From positions 42,334 to 106,333 of the forward strand of contig CAVWSO010000011.1 in NCBI GenBank assembly GCA_963757615.1: 64,000 bases of DNA, read 5' to 3'. The DNA comes from an uncultured Sphingobacteriaceae bacterium. GTDB lineage: Bacteria > Bacteroidota > Bacteroidia > Sphingobacteriales > Sphingobacteriaceae. Positions 21,645 through 32,264 of the stretch are shown piece after piece. The position numbers and the translations under genes were made by a program. The notes beneath the pieces were generated by a model. The model saw only the letters and a program-made list of their open reading frames with translations. It was not told where the DNA came from and ran no database searches. Position 1 is the first letter of the stretch. The number at the start of each line of letters is the position of its first letter.

Positions 21645-22938
21645 CTATTTTCTGTCCTTGATATCTACATAAGAACGGTTGACAGCGCCAACATAAATCT
21701 GGCGCGGACGGCCTATCGGCTCTTTGTGCTCCTTCATTTCTTTCCATTGTGCTATCCATCCGGGCAGGCGACCCAGAGCAAATAAAACAGTAAACATATC
21801 GGTCGGGAAACCTAAGGCACGATAAATGATGCCTGAATAGAAATCAACATTAGGATATAATTTACGCTCAACAAAATATGGATCTTTCAGCGCATCCTCT
21901 TCCAGCTTTTTGGCGATATCCAGCACCTCGTCATCAATACCTAATTTTTCAAGAATATCATCGCAGGCCTTTTTGATGATCTTGGCACGCGGATCAAAAT
22001 TTTTATACACCCGGTGTCCAAATCCCATCAGGCGGAAAGGATCATTTTTATCTTTTGCCTTTTGCTATCCATTTGTCGGTATCTCCGCCGTCTTCTTTTA
22101 TTTTTTCCAGCATTTCAATAACCGCCTGGTTGGCGCCGCCATGCAGCGGTCCCCACAATGCCGAAATACCTGCAGATACCGATGCATAAATATTTGATTC
22201 GGACGAACCCACGATCCGCACGGTTGAAGTAGAGCAGTTTTGCTCATGATCAGCATGCAAGATCAGCAGCGTGTTCATAGCGCTAACAATTACCGGATCA
22301 ATGACAATTTCCTCGGTACGCTGACCAAAGGTCATGTGCAAAAAGTTGGTTACATAATCATATTTGTTTTGAGGATAGATATAGGGATGCCCCAAGGATT
22401 TCTTATATATCCACGAAACGATAGTAGCCATTTTGCCCAGCATCTTAATAATGCTCAGATTGAGTTCTTCGGTCAGTTTGATTGGGTTTTAAGGATTCGG
22501 GATAAAAAGCTGAAAGTGAACAAACCAGCGAGGACAACTGCCCCATGGGATGCGATTTTGACGGAAAGCCATCAAAAAACTTCTTCATATCCTCATGCAC
22601 CAGCGTATGCCGGCTTATTTGGTATTGAAAATCGGCTCAACTGTTCTTTGGTAGGCAGTTCGCCATAAATAAGCAAATAGGCAACTTCAATAAAGCTTGA
22701 CTTTTCGGCAAGTTGCTCTATCGGATAGCCGCGATATTTAAGTATACCCAGTTCGCCATCCAGAAAAGTAATTGCGCTTTTGGTAGCTCCGGTATTTTTA
22801 TAGCCGATATCCAGCGTTACATAACCCGATTTGGTCCCTGAGTTTTGAAATATCAATTGCTTTTTCGCCTTCAGTACCCTCAATAATCGGGAGATCATAA
22901 GTTTTATCACCTATTTTTAATTGTGCTGTTTCCGACAT
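21645..22938 (-). CDS. gltA: Citrate synthase (frameshifted)
   Basis: [10 protein letters not shown] start; [45 protein letters not shown]. Confidence 0.95.
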
Positions 22939-23097
22939 AGACATTTTTTTTCACGCACAAATGTAAATAAATCCGTGTATTATAAGTGACGGCAAAGTTT
23001 ACAATTTGTAAAAATTATGAGGATAATTGACTGATTGGGTTGATCTGAGTATAAGTTACTTATTCAGTTAACTCACTAATCAACTAGCTCAATCAAT

Positions 23098-24353
23098 TTA
23101 ATTGGACCGTATAGCTTCAACCGGATCCAGCCTGGAAGCAGAATAAGCCGGAATAATACCTGAAATGATCCCGATAGTGACCGAAGTGCTAATACCGATA
23201 ATAATATTTTTAATATCCAGCACGACCTGAATATCGATGGCCGCCTTAACAGCAATTGTGGCTCAGATAAACCATGCAAAGGCCTATAATCCCTCCCATC
23301 AGGCAAAGAAATCGATTCGATCAGAAACTGCAGCAAAATAAAATAGTTTTTAGCGCCCAGCGATTTTTGAATACCAATGATATTAGTGCGTTCCTTGACA
23401 GAAACAAACATGATATTGGCGATACCAAATCCGCCAACAAGGATAGAAAAACCACCGATAATCAAACCGGCAATATTAAGTACAGCAAAGACCATATCCA
23501 GTTGATTAGATAATAATAGTGGTTTTATTCAAAGCGAAATTATCTTCCTGACTGGGCTTTAACCGCCTGTATCGAACGCATCAACCCTCTCAGTTCGCTT
23601 TCCACATCATCATCGGTAATGCCGTCCTTGCCCCTTACTACAATCTGAGGTTGATAATTTTCATTTTGCACATCAACAACGTTCTTTGCAAAATTTAAGC
23701 GGTAGCAGTATCTCCTTATCGTCGGATATACCCAGCATATCGTTCCCTTCTTTTGCAAACACGCCTATGACAGTCACATATCTGCCCATAACTTTTGATC
23801 TGTTTGCCAACCGCATTTCCGCCGGGGAACAAGATTGTCGGCAATATCATAGCCAATGATGGCTAACCGGGCGCCCGGTGCGTGATTCGATATCCGTAAA
23901 ATACCTCCCGTCGTTGAAATCAAAATTCCATGTTTTGTCATGATCGTGCGACACCGCATCGATTTGGGCGCCTTCGACTGTATTGCTTTGATATTTAACT
24001 ATCCGGTTATCAATGCTGATCTCATAGGATATTGCCAGGGCGGTTTGGCTGCGCCTTTGCACTTCGTCAAAATCTCTTCAAATTTGCGGAACAGGCCGCT
24101 GCAAATATTTCCACCATGGGAAATCCTCGCCACTTACCCATGGCCATTTTTCAACATAAATACTATTGCTGCCTAGTTTATTTACGCTTTTTTGCAGGTT
24201 ATTGCGCAGGGTATCAACCGCCGAAAACACCGCTATGATGGTAAAAATACCTATGGTAACCCCCAGCAAGGACAGCAAAGTGCGCAGCTTATTTTGCCTT
24301 AATGCATCATAAGCAAACAAAAAACTTTCGCGGAAGAGTTTTAAAAAGATCAT
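23098..24353 (-). CDS. MacB/FtsX-family ABC transporter permease (frameshifted)
   Basis: NKLRTLLSLLGVTIGI, VGGFGIANIMFVSVKERTNIIGIQKSLGAK, C-terminal LDPVEAIRSN*. Confidence 0.9.
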
Positions 24354-24467
24354 ATTGATTTTGATTACACCTAATATTATTTCTAGATTTATTCTACTGA
24401 AAAACGCCGATTATATGAGGAATTTTTTATTATTAAGATCCAAACCACAAAAATGTGTTATTAGTTA

Positions 24468-24492
24468 GACGTTTACCAGCCTTTAAGTTACA
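24468..24492 (-). promoter_or_regulatory. ECF-type promoter TGTAAC-N15-CGTC upstream of the ABC permease
   Basis: Both boxes match; the spacer is 1 nt short, in an indel-prone region. Confidence 0.5.
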
Positions 24493-24569
24493 AAATTTTT
24501 AAAATGTTTAATAAATTCGAGGACCAATGTATTCCTAACAAAAATCGGTGAAAATCGCAAAAAAATTCT

Positions 24570-24577
24570 TACCTTTG
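24570..24577 (+). promoter_or_regulatory. Housekeeping -7 element for queA
   Basis: TACCTTTG about 30 bp before the ATG. Confidence 0.6.
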
Positions 24578-24605
24578 CGCCCTAGAAAATTCATATCTTT
24601 TAACC

Positions 24606-25657
24606 ATGAAATTATCTCAATTTAAATTCAACCTGCCCGAATCATTAATAGCACATTCTCCTGCCAACACCCGCGACGAATCGCGTTTAATGGTTTTACA
24701 TAACGATTCGGGCAAAATTGAGCATAAAATATTTAAAGATATATTGGATTATTTTGATGATAAGGATGTTATGATCCTGAACAATACCAAAGTGTTTCCG
24801 GCGCGCATGTATGGCAATAAGGAAAAAACCGGCGCCACCATCGAAGTTTTTTTATTAAGGGAATTAAACAAAGAACTTCGTCTGTGGGATGTATTGGTTG
24901 ACCCTGCGCGTAAAATACGCGTGGGTAATAAATTATATTTTGGCGATGACGACCTGTTGATTGCCGAAGTAGTTGATAATACAACATCACGCGGCCGTAC
25001 CATCCGCTTTCTTATTTGACGGCACGGACGAAGAGTTCCGCCGCAATGTGGAAATATTAGGCGAAACACCGCTTCCAAAATATATTAAACGCAAAGCACC
25101 GACGAAGATAAGGAACGCTATCAAACTATTTTTGCCAAACACGAAGGTGCTGTTGCCGCCCCTACTGCCGGTTTGCACTTTAGCCGCGAACTGATGAAAC
25201 GCCTTGAATTAAAAGGTGTTGAATTTGCCGAAGTTACCCTGCACGTTGGCCTGGGAACTTTTCGCCCGGTTGAGGTGGAAGACCTGACCAAGCACAAAAT
25301 GGACTCGGAGCAGTTTATTATTGAAGCAAAAACAGGCCAATATTGTAAATCAAGGCATCGAAAGCAAAAAAACGGATATGCGCAGTGGGTACAACATCTA
25401 TGCGTGCCATCGAATCGGCTGTTTCGGCAAATAAAACTTTAAAGCCAGCTAACGACTGGACCAGTAAATTTATTTTCCCGCCATATGATTTCAGTATTGC
25501 CAATTCAATGATCACCAATTTTCACACGCCCGAATCAACTTTATTGATGATGGTATGCGCTTTTGGCGGATACGAGCATGTAATGAATGCCTATGAAGTT
25601 GCCGTAAAAGAAAAATACCGCTTTTACAGCTATGGCGATGCCATGCTGATTATTTAA
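24606..25657 (+). CDS. queA: tRNA preQ1 S-adenosylmethionine ribosyltransferase-isomerase (frameshifted)
   Basis: [58 protein letters not shown]. Confidence 0.95.
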
Positions 25658-25771
25658 AATAGATATATAAGATATTAGATGTGAGACTAGCTTGAATATC
25701 CTGTCTCACATTTTAATGTTTAGAATCCATGAGCATTCCTCGAATCTCCCATTTCACAGCTATGATCTCTC

Positions 25772-26455
25772 ATGCGTAAACATTACGCCATCATAGTTGC
25801 CGGCGGCTCCGGCACCAGGATGCATTCGTCGGTACCCAAGCAATTTCTATTACTGAAAGGCTAAGCCTGTTTTAATGCATACCATTAATGCTTTTTATCA
25901 AAGCGATCGCCAGCCCCAGATAATTGTTGTTCTTCCCGCCGATTCTCATCACTATTGGCACAGACTTTGCACAGAACATCATTTTGATATCCCGCATCAC
26001 TTGATAAGCGGCGGCGAAACACGTTTCCATTCCGTAAAAAATGGGCTTGAGCCTGATCGATGACAGGACGATGCCATCGTCGCCGTGCACGATGCGGTGA
26101 GACCGCTGATCGCCAAGGAAATCATTGACGAATCCTATGACTGTGCTGCTAAATATGGAAATGCCATAGTGGCTGTAAAAAGCCGCGATTCGGTAAGGCA
26201 GATTAAAGGACAACCGGTCGACAAGCCTGCTCAGGGACGAGATATACCTGATCAAACACCGCAAACGTTTCAGATTGGCTCAATTAAAAAAAGCCTATCT
26301 AGCAACCCTACGACGACAAGATTTACCGATGATGCCAGTGTTGTTGAACAAACCGGCGTAAATATTCACCTGATTGAAGGAAGCTACCAGAATATCAAAA
26401 TCACTTTTCCTGAAGATATTGCCATTGCCGAAGTTCCTGTTAATAGCAGTCATAG
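25772..26455 (+). CDS. ispD: 2-C-methyl-D-erythritol 4-phosphate cytidylyltransferase (frameshifted)
   Basis: MRKHYAIIVAGGSGTRM..PKQF, GGETRFHSV, HDAVRP, QTPQ, TDDASV, NIKITFPED; end approximate. Confidence 0.9.
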
Positions 26456-26527
26456 CCTGTCACTTCATACTAGAAGTCCATCGGCTATATGCATTCCATT
26501 GACTATGAACTATCACTAAGATTCTGC

Positions 26528-26676
26528 TCATGCCCTCCTGATAACCCCTAAAAGCAAGGCAATAATCGCAATTACTAAAAGAATGTGGATTAACCGCCGC
26601 CTGCCGAATAAGCAAAAACTCCGATTGCCCATCCTATAACAAGGATAACAGCAATAATGTACAATAAACTTCTCAT
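26528..26676 (-). CDS. lmo0937-family small membrane protein (one frameshift)
   Basis: MRSLLYIIAVILVIGWAIGVF...LIHILLVIAIIALLLGVIRRA. Confidence 0.8.
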
Positions 26677-26740
26677 TTTGTGAATGTTTTAGTTGATAAT
26701 GAATAATCATAACTAAAACCATTCCAAAAAAGTTTAAAAT

Positions 26741-26767
26741 AAAAAACCCTGCAATCGACAGGGTTTT
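26741..26767 (-). terminator. Terminator after the DUF2795 gene
   Basis: AAAACCCTG...CAGGGTTTT hairpin with A-run. Confidence 0.7.
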
Positions 26768-26787
26768 ATTTGTTACAGAATAAAATT

Positions 26788-27009
26788 TTAATATTCATCT
26801 TCGTTAAAAAAGAAGTCATCTTTTGTAGGATAATCGGGCCATATTTCTTCAATATTTTCATATGGCTCACCATCATCTTCCAATGCCTGCAGGTTTTCAA
26901 TAACCTCAACAGGTGCTCCTGAACGAATGGCATAATCAATTAATTCATCTTTTGTTGCGGGCCATGGCGCATCTTCAAGGTGCGATGCTAATTCAAGTGT
27001 CCAATACAT
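26788..27009 (-). CDS. DUF2795 domain small acidic protein
   Basis: MYWTLELASHLEDAPWPATKDELIDYAIRSGAP, a strongly conserved Bacteroidota sequence. Confidence 0.9.
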   Translation of the reverse strand: MYWTLELASHLEDAPWPATKDELIDYAIRSGAPVEVIENLQALEDDGEPYENIEEIWPDYPTKDDFFFNEDEY

Positions 27010-27095
27010 ATTCTTTATTTATGTTATTCGTAAATTTAAATTTTCGCAAAAGTATAATATTTTTAATTTGATTATCAAATATTTTTTTTAAAATT

Positions 27096-27648
27096 TTACA
27101 CACGTGGTATCCATTGATTTTCAGGTATTTTATTGTCATTTCCAATCTTCCTGGCCAGTGTGAATAGGTAATCGCTCAACCTGTTCAGATAAATATTCAC
27201 TTTTTCGTCCACCTGTGCTTTCTTCGGACAGGTGAACAGATAAGCGTTCGGCCCTGCGGCAAACACAGCGTGCAATATGGCAAAATGAAATGGCATTACT
27301 ACCGCCCGGCAAAATAAAATGTCTTCAATTCCGGCAAATTTTCATTCATGGCATCCATTTCTTTTTCCAGCAACTCAATATCGGCCTCGATGCAGGTCGG
27401 GAATGACCATTTTTGATTTTTCAGGATCGGATGCCAGCGATGACCCGATGGTAAACAACCTGTCCTGTATTTGTTTCAGTAGTTGCTTTATCGTGCGCTG
27501 TAATATCCTGGTCGCGTATCAGTCCGATATAGGAGTTAAGCTCATCGACCGTCCCATAACTTTCAATGCGCAGGTGATGCTTGGCACACGCGTGCCCCCT
27601 ATCAGTGAGGTATAAGCCCTTATCGCCTGTTTTGGTATAGATTTTCAT
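27096..27648 (-). CDS. PduO-type cob(I)alamin adenosyltransferase (frameshifted)
   Basis: [38 protein letters not shown]. Confidence 0.9.
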
Positions 27649-27875
27649 TCTTAATTTCGGATTTCGGACATCGGTTCAGATTTTCTAATTTATTGTTTTA
27701 CATTCGAGATTTTCGAACTTATAAATTTACAGAATTATTTTAAATTTCTAACGATCTTATAAAAATATACATAACCATCGCTGTGCAGTACAAACTCTTA
27801 ACTATTATAATGTTATTAAATTTGATACCGTAACCACGGCCATTAATTCCATAAAGGAATAAATCATTTTATCCT

Positions 27876-28862
27876 ATGAGATCTAGCCTTTGTACTTATT
27901 ATCGAGTTAACCTTATGCTGATTATCACTATTGCTATTCAGCTTTAAATGCGGCAGCAGACAAAAGCTAAAACACATGCTACGCACATAACGTGCAGCTA
28001 TTTTAACCGAAAAGCAGTTTAATGACTTTTTCCCTCTGCACGATAAATTTTACAGCTATGCAGGCTTTTATAAAAGCGTCAACGAAATGAGCCTCATCCG
28101 AATAAAGGTGGTAAGACGGGCCGTATCGGTTTACCAGATTACCCGTACCGATAAAAGCACCGGAAAATCAGCAGTAGTCCGCCAGGATGAGGATTGGAAC
28201 GAAGACTGGGCAAAAAAGAAGCCCGACAGCATCTTATATCATTGATTATGGCAATTTTTGTACTGAAAAAGACCCTCAAACCAATAAAAAAGAATTGGCC
28301 GCATTTTTTGCCAACATAGCCCACGAAACCCGCCATGGCGAAAACGGCAAATACAATGACGGCCTGATGTTTATCCACGAAAGCGATACTTCGCTGCCCT
28401 ATATTGCCGATAATGATGCCTATCCGCCGGTGCCCGGCAAAAAATATTATGGCCGCGGCCCCATGCAATTAAGTTACAACGGCAATTATGGCTATGCTTC
28501 CGATTGCATTTTCGGCAATAAAAACGTGCTGTTGAACAACCCCGAACTGGTGGAAACCGACCCTGTCGTCGCCTTTAAAACGGCCATTTATTTTTGGATG
28601 ACCCCGCAAACCTACAAGCCATCGGCACATGATGTGATGATCGGCAAATGGCAGCCTAACGCCGCCGACAAAGCCGCAGAGCCGTACACCAGGCTTTGGC
28701 ATGACCATCAATATTATAAACGGCGCGTGTAGAATGCGGACAAAGGCGAAAATAGTGTTCAGCATGAACGACCGCATAGGCTTTTATCAGTATTTTCTGA
28801 AAAAGATGGGTGTCAGCGACCCCAATTGCGCCTGCTCATGCGGAAATATGAAGCCGTACTGA
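27876..28862 (+). CDS. Glycoside hydrolase family 19 chitinase (frameshifted)
   Basis: ELAAFFANIAHET, YYGRGPMQLSYNGNYG, AFKTAIYFWM, PSAHDV, PGFGMTINIING..ECG; start approximate. Confidence 0.88.
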
Positions 28863-28866
28863 AGTA

Positions 28867-28972
28867 ATTAGAGGTTAGAGATCAGAGATTAGGGGTTAGA
28901 AACCAAATCCCGAATCGGCTTACTCTTAAAAAAACTAACCTCCAATCTCCAGCCTTAATCTCCAATCTCTAT
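28867..28972. repeat. Inverted degenerate heptamer arrays
   Basis: ATTAGAG GTTAGAG ATCAGAG ATTAGGG GTTAGAA, then the complementary CTAAC CTCCAAT CTCCAGC CTTAAT CTCCAAT CTCTA. Confidence 0.75.
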
Positions 28973-29038
28973 ATTTACAAAGAAATTCCTTTTTAACGGA
29001 AGAACTATCCTTTTGATACCACATCGCTTTCGGGCGAA

Positions 29039-29624
29039 ATGATTGACAATTATAAGTTATTTATGGATTAAAAGCCAGTTTAATATTCAGCATACCGGCA
29101 ATATCGATTTCCATTTGAAAAATTTCGAGGTATTCAGGCGATACTAGATATAAACCTACGGGGATCTTTGCGGTTCAAGCAGCAACAACAAGATTTCTAT
29201 ATACTTTTTGTCGAAAATATTTCAGGTGGCCACGAGGTCTTAAAGGCCTGGATTATACGACCGCAATGAGTATCAAACCTGGGCACTGGCTTATTTAAAA
29301 AAAGATTTTGGCTGCGCGCTGATCAGGCGCGAAACCCTGGGCGAAAAATGATGGAGCTGGTCCACCCCATTGAACTGGATTTTGCTGAGGACAAGGCCTT
29401 CAGCGATACATTTTATGTACTTGTAAACGACCGCGAGAAAGCTGAGCGCGCCATGGACCGAAATTTCAGGAATGCCAGTAATGGACATCAGGCATGAAGA
29501 TGTCCTGATCTGAAATCATCGACCATACGCTGACAGTGGCAATCGCCAGCCGATTTCACCAGAAAGATCCCGTGATTCTTGCTGAATTTGTCCAAGTACG
29601 TGCTCAGGTTCGAATTGCTATTTA
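29039..29624 (+). CDS. Hypothetical protein, fragmented and missed by the ORF track
   Basis: Protein-like frame pieces such as EYQTWALAYLKKDFGCALIRRETLGEKMMELVHPIELDFAEDKAFSDTFYVLVNDREKAERAM; boundaries approximate. Confidence 0.6.
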
Positions 29625-29684
29625 GATCTAAACTCTTCTACCACCAGCGTTCCTGTCCACCTTTTGTATATCAGCATTAGCGAA

Positions 29685-30356
29685 TCATTTCTCGATCAGT
29701 CCGTCGCGCATACGCACAATGCGGTGTGCATGCAGGGCAATATCTTCTTCGTGGGTCACTAAAATAATGGTATTGCCTTTCGCATGAATATCTTCGATCA
29801 GGCCCATAATTTCGATAGAGGTTTTGGTATCCAGGTTACCGGTGGGCTCGTCGGCAAGAATAATCGATGGATTATTGATCAGCGCCCTTGCTACAGCCAC
29901 GCGCTGGCGCTGCCCGCCGGAAAGCTCGTTTGGCTTGTGATCAATACGGTTGCCCAGGCCAACATTTTCCAATGCTTTTTTTGCGCGTTCCATCTTGCCC
30001 TCCTTGTTGATACCAGCATAGATCAGCGGCAGGGCAACATTATCTAAAGCGGTATTACGGGGAAGCAGATTGAAGGTTTGGAATACAAAGCCGATCTCCG
30101 TGTTACGAACCTCGGCCAGTTCATTATCGCTCATATGGCTTACATTGATGCCATTGAGAATATATTCGCCTTTGGTTGGGGTATCGAGGCAGCCCAGGAT
30201 ATTCATCAGGGTAGATTTTCCGGAACCGGAAGGTCCCATCAACGCTACAAATTCTCCTTTATTGATCGTTAAAGATACCGACTTTATAGCGTGAATAGTT
30301 TCAGAACCAATAACATATTTACGCCCGATATCTTTAATTGTAATTAATGCCTCCAT
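29685..30356 (-). CDS. MacB/LolD-type ABC transporter ATP-binding protein
   Basis: [44 protein letters not shown]. Confidence 0.95.
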   Translation of the reverse strand: MEALITIKDIGRKYVIGSETIHAIKSVSLTINKGEFVALMGPSGSGKSTLMNILGCLDTPTKGEYILNGINVSHMSDNELAEVRNTEIGFVFQTFNLLPRNTALDNVALPLIYAGINKEGKMERAKKALENVGLGNRIDHKPNELSGGQRQRVAVARALINNPSIILADEPTGNLDTKTSIEIMGLIEDIHAKGNTIILVTHEEDIALHAHRIVRMRDGLIEK

Positions 30357-30372
30357 CCGTTTTTCTTAATTT

Positions 30373-30399
30373 GACGCTCAGCGCTTATGAATTGTTACA
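30373..30399 (-). promoter_or_regulatory. ECF-type promoter TGTAAC-N17-CGTC upstream of the ABC ATPase
   Basis: Minus strand TGTAAC aattcataagcgctgag CGTC, 16 bp before the ATG. Confidence 0.65.
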
Positions 30400-30425
30400 A
30401 GCGGAAAAAAATTCTAAACTCAAAA

Positions 30426-30716
30426 TTATTTCTCTATCACTTTTGCAACCAGGAAATAATCCTGGTCATGCCGTGGCGCATTCAGCAGCGCCTGCTCATG
30501 GGTGACCTCCTGCCGGATTACATCCTGACGCAGGACATTTATTTCATTGGTCATATATACCAGCGGCTCTATGCCGTCCGTGTTGATCTCACCAAGTTTA
30601 TCCATAAAACCGAGTATCTTGTTCATATCATGGATCAGCTTTTTCTTTTCATCCTCGGCAAGCTCCAATCTGGCCAGGTGAGCCACTTTTTCTACGGTTT
30701 GTTTATCAATGTTCAT
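30426..30716 (-). CDS. gatC: Asp/Glu-tRNA amidotransferase subunit C
   Basis: VEKVAHLARLEL...ILGFMDKL.EINT..IEP..VLRQD...ALLNAP...YFLVAKVIE. Confidence 0.92.
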   Translation of the reverse strand: MNIDKQTVEKVAHLARLELAEDEKKKLIHDMNKILGFMDKLGEINTDGIEPLVYMTNEINVLRQDVIRQEVTHEQALLNAPRHDQDYFLVAKVIEK

Positions 30717-31443
30717 ACTGGTCAAGTTTTTGCCTGATCACGTTAAATACTTCATCTTTTAGCAGGTCAGCATCATCGACACTCCAGCCGGCCGTTTCGA
30801 TGGGCTTATGCACAAATATATGACAAATACCCGGTCTGCTGCCATATTTGCTGCCAGAATCCCACATTACCTTCCAGGTATCCGGCGAACTGACCGGCAA
30901 GATAGGTATTTTCAGTTCGATTGCCAGCCTGAACGGTCCGCTCTTGAATTCCTGCAAAGCCGGCGGGTAATCCTTTGAAATAGTTCCTTCCGGAAATATC
31001 ACTACACTTATGCCCTGCTCCAGGCGCTGGGCAGTCTGTTTGAGCGCCTTATAGGATGATATTCTGCTCTCCCGGTTTACAGGTATGTCGATCGATTTAA
31101 AAAATATACCCAGCAGCGGGTTTTCCAGCAGTTCGTGCTTGCCCATAAAGCAGAAGGTGTTTTTCAGTGCTGAGCTGACCGACATGATGTCCAGGTTGGA
31201 AGTATGATTGGGGCATACGATATAGGTTCGCGACCAGTCTACTGCCTGTTCGAATTCCACTTTGTAATAAATACCCGAAATGAGTGAACTAAAGGATGCA
31301 CATATTTTGCGGAGCCTGTTCATCAGGGGGTAGCGCGATGGCTTCAGGGAGGCGCAATAAATCAAGGGCCAGAACAAGTAAAAAATAAAGGCCAGAGAAT
31401 ACCTGTAAAACAGGCGATGTAATTTTTTTAGGGGTAATATCAT
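30706..31443 (-). CDS. plsC: 1-acyl-sn-glycerol-3-phosphate acyltransferase family, paralog 2
   Basis: NHTSNLD, IFPEGT, FKSGPF, IPILPV motifs; start MILPLKK. Confidence 0.85.
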   Translation of the reverse strand: MILPLKKLHRLFYRYSLAFIFYLFWPLIYCASLKPSRYPLMNRLRKICASFSSLISGIYYKVEFEQAVDWSRTYIVCPNHTSNLDIMSVSSALKNTFCFMGKHELLENPLLGIFFKSIDIPVNRESRISSYKALKQTAQRLEQGISVVIFPEGTISKDYPPALQEFKSGPFRLAIELKIPILPVSSPDTWKVMWDSGSKYGSRPGICHIFVHKPIETAGWSVDDADLLKDEVFNVIRQKLDQYEH

Positions 31444-31492
31444 TACATGTAAAAGTATAAAACCACCACCAAATAAAAACAGAAAATCATCT

Positions 31493-32227
31493 TTAGACCA
31501 GCGAATCGAACTTTTCCTGCATGATGCGGTGGACCTGCCGGCGTAAATGGTCCGTATCATCCAGGGTCAGATGCTGCGTCTCAATGGGACGGTGGACAAA
31601 TATTTTACAAACACCGGGCCTGCTGCCGTATTTGCTGCCGGTGTCCCACAGCAGACGCCAGGTGTTGATTGACGTAACCGGAACAATGGGTATTTTGGCT
31701 TCTATTGCCAGCCGGAATGGCCCGTTCTTGAACGCCTGCAAACGGGGTGGGTAATCATCCGCTATTCCCCCCTCCGGGAAAATGATCACGGTGATCCCGT
31801 TTTCCAGTCGCTGTTTAGCCTTCATAAATGCCCTGAATGAGGACATTTTACTTTCCCGGTTAATGGGAATATCGGCTGTTCTAAAAAACAATCTGGTGAC
31901 TATTCCCTCGCTGAGCTCGTCCTTGCCTAAAAAACTGAAATCATTTTTTACCAGCAGGCTCATAGTAGTAATATCGAGGTTCGAGGTATGATTGGGACAG
32001 ATGATATAGGTTTTGCTGCGGTCGAAGGGCGCTTCAAAGGTAAAACGGTAAAATATTCCGGCCAGTGCTGAGCTCAGAAATGCCCAAAGGCGCCTCAGCT
32101 TGTTCATATGCTTATAATCCCGTGGCCTGCGTGAAAAATAATAGAGCAGCGGGTAAAGTAAAAAGTAGAAAAAAGCCACGCTGGCCGCGTACAGGTAGCT
32201 GTGCGCTTTCTTCAATATCAATTTCAT
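31493..32227 (-). CDS. plsC: 1-acyl-sn-glycerol-3-phosphate acyltransferase family, paralog 1
   Basis: NHTSNLD, IFPEGG, FKNGPF, IPIVPV motifs. Confidence 0.85.
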   Translation of the reverse strand: MKLILKKAHSYLYAASVAFFYFLLYPLLYYFSRRPRDYKHMNKLRRLWAFLSSALAGIFYRFTFEAPFDRSKTYIICPNHTSNLDITTMSLLVKNDFSFLGKDELSEGIVTRLFFRTADIPINRESKMSSFRAFMKAKQRLENGITVIIFPEGGIADDYPPRLQAFKNGPFRLAIEAKIPIVPVTSINTWRLLWDTGSKYGSRPGVCKIFVHRPIETQHLTLDDTDHLRRQVHRIMQEKFDSLV

Positions 32228-32264
32228 CGGTATCAAAAATATAAAAATTACTTACTTTCGCGCC

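Noticed and set aside
26761-26780. TGTAAC upstream of the lmo0937-family gene as another ECF site
   Set aside because: No CGTC at the right spacing; it abuts a terminator hairpin.
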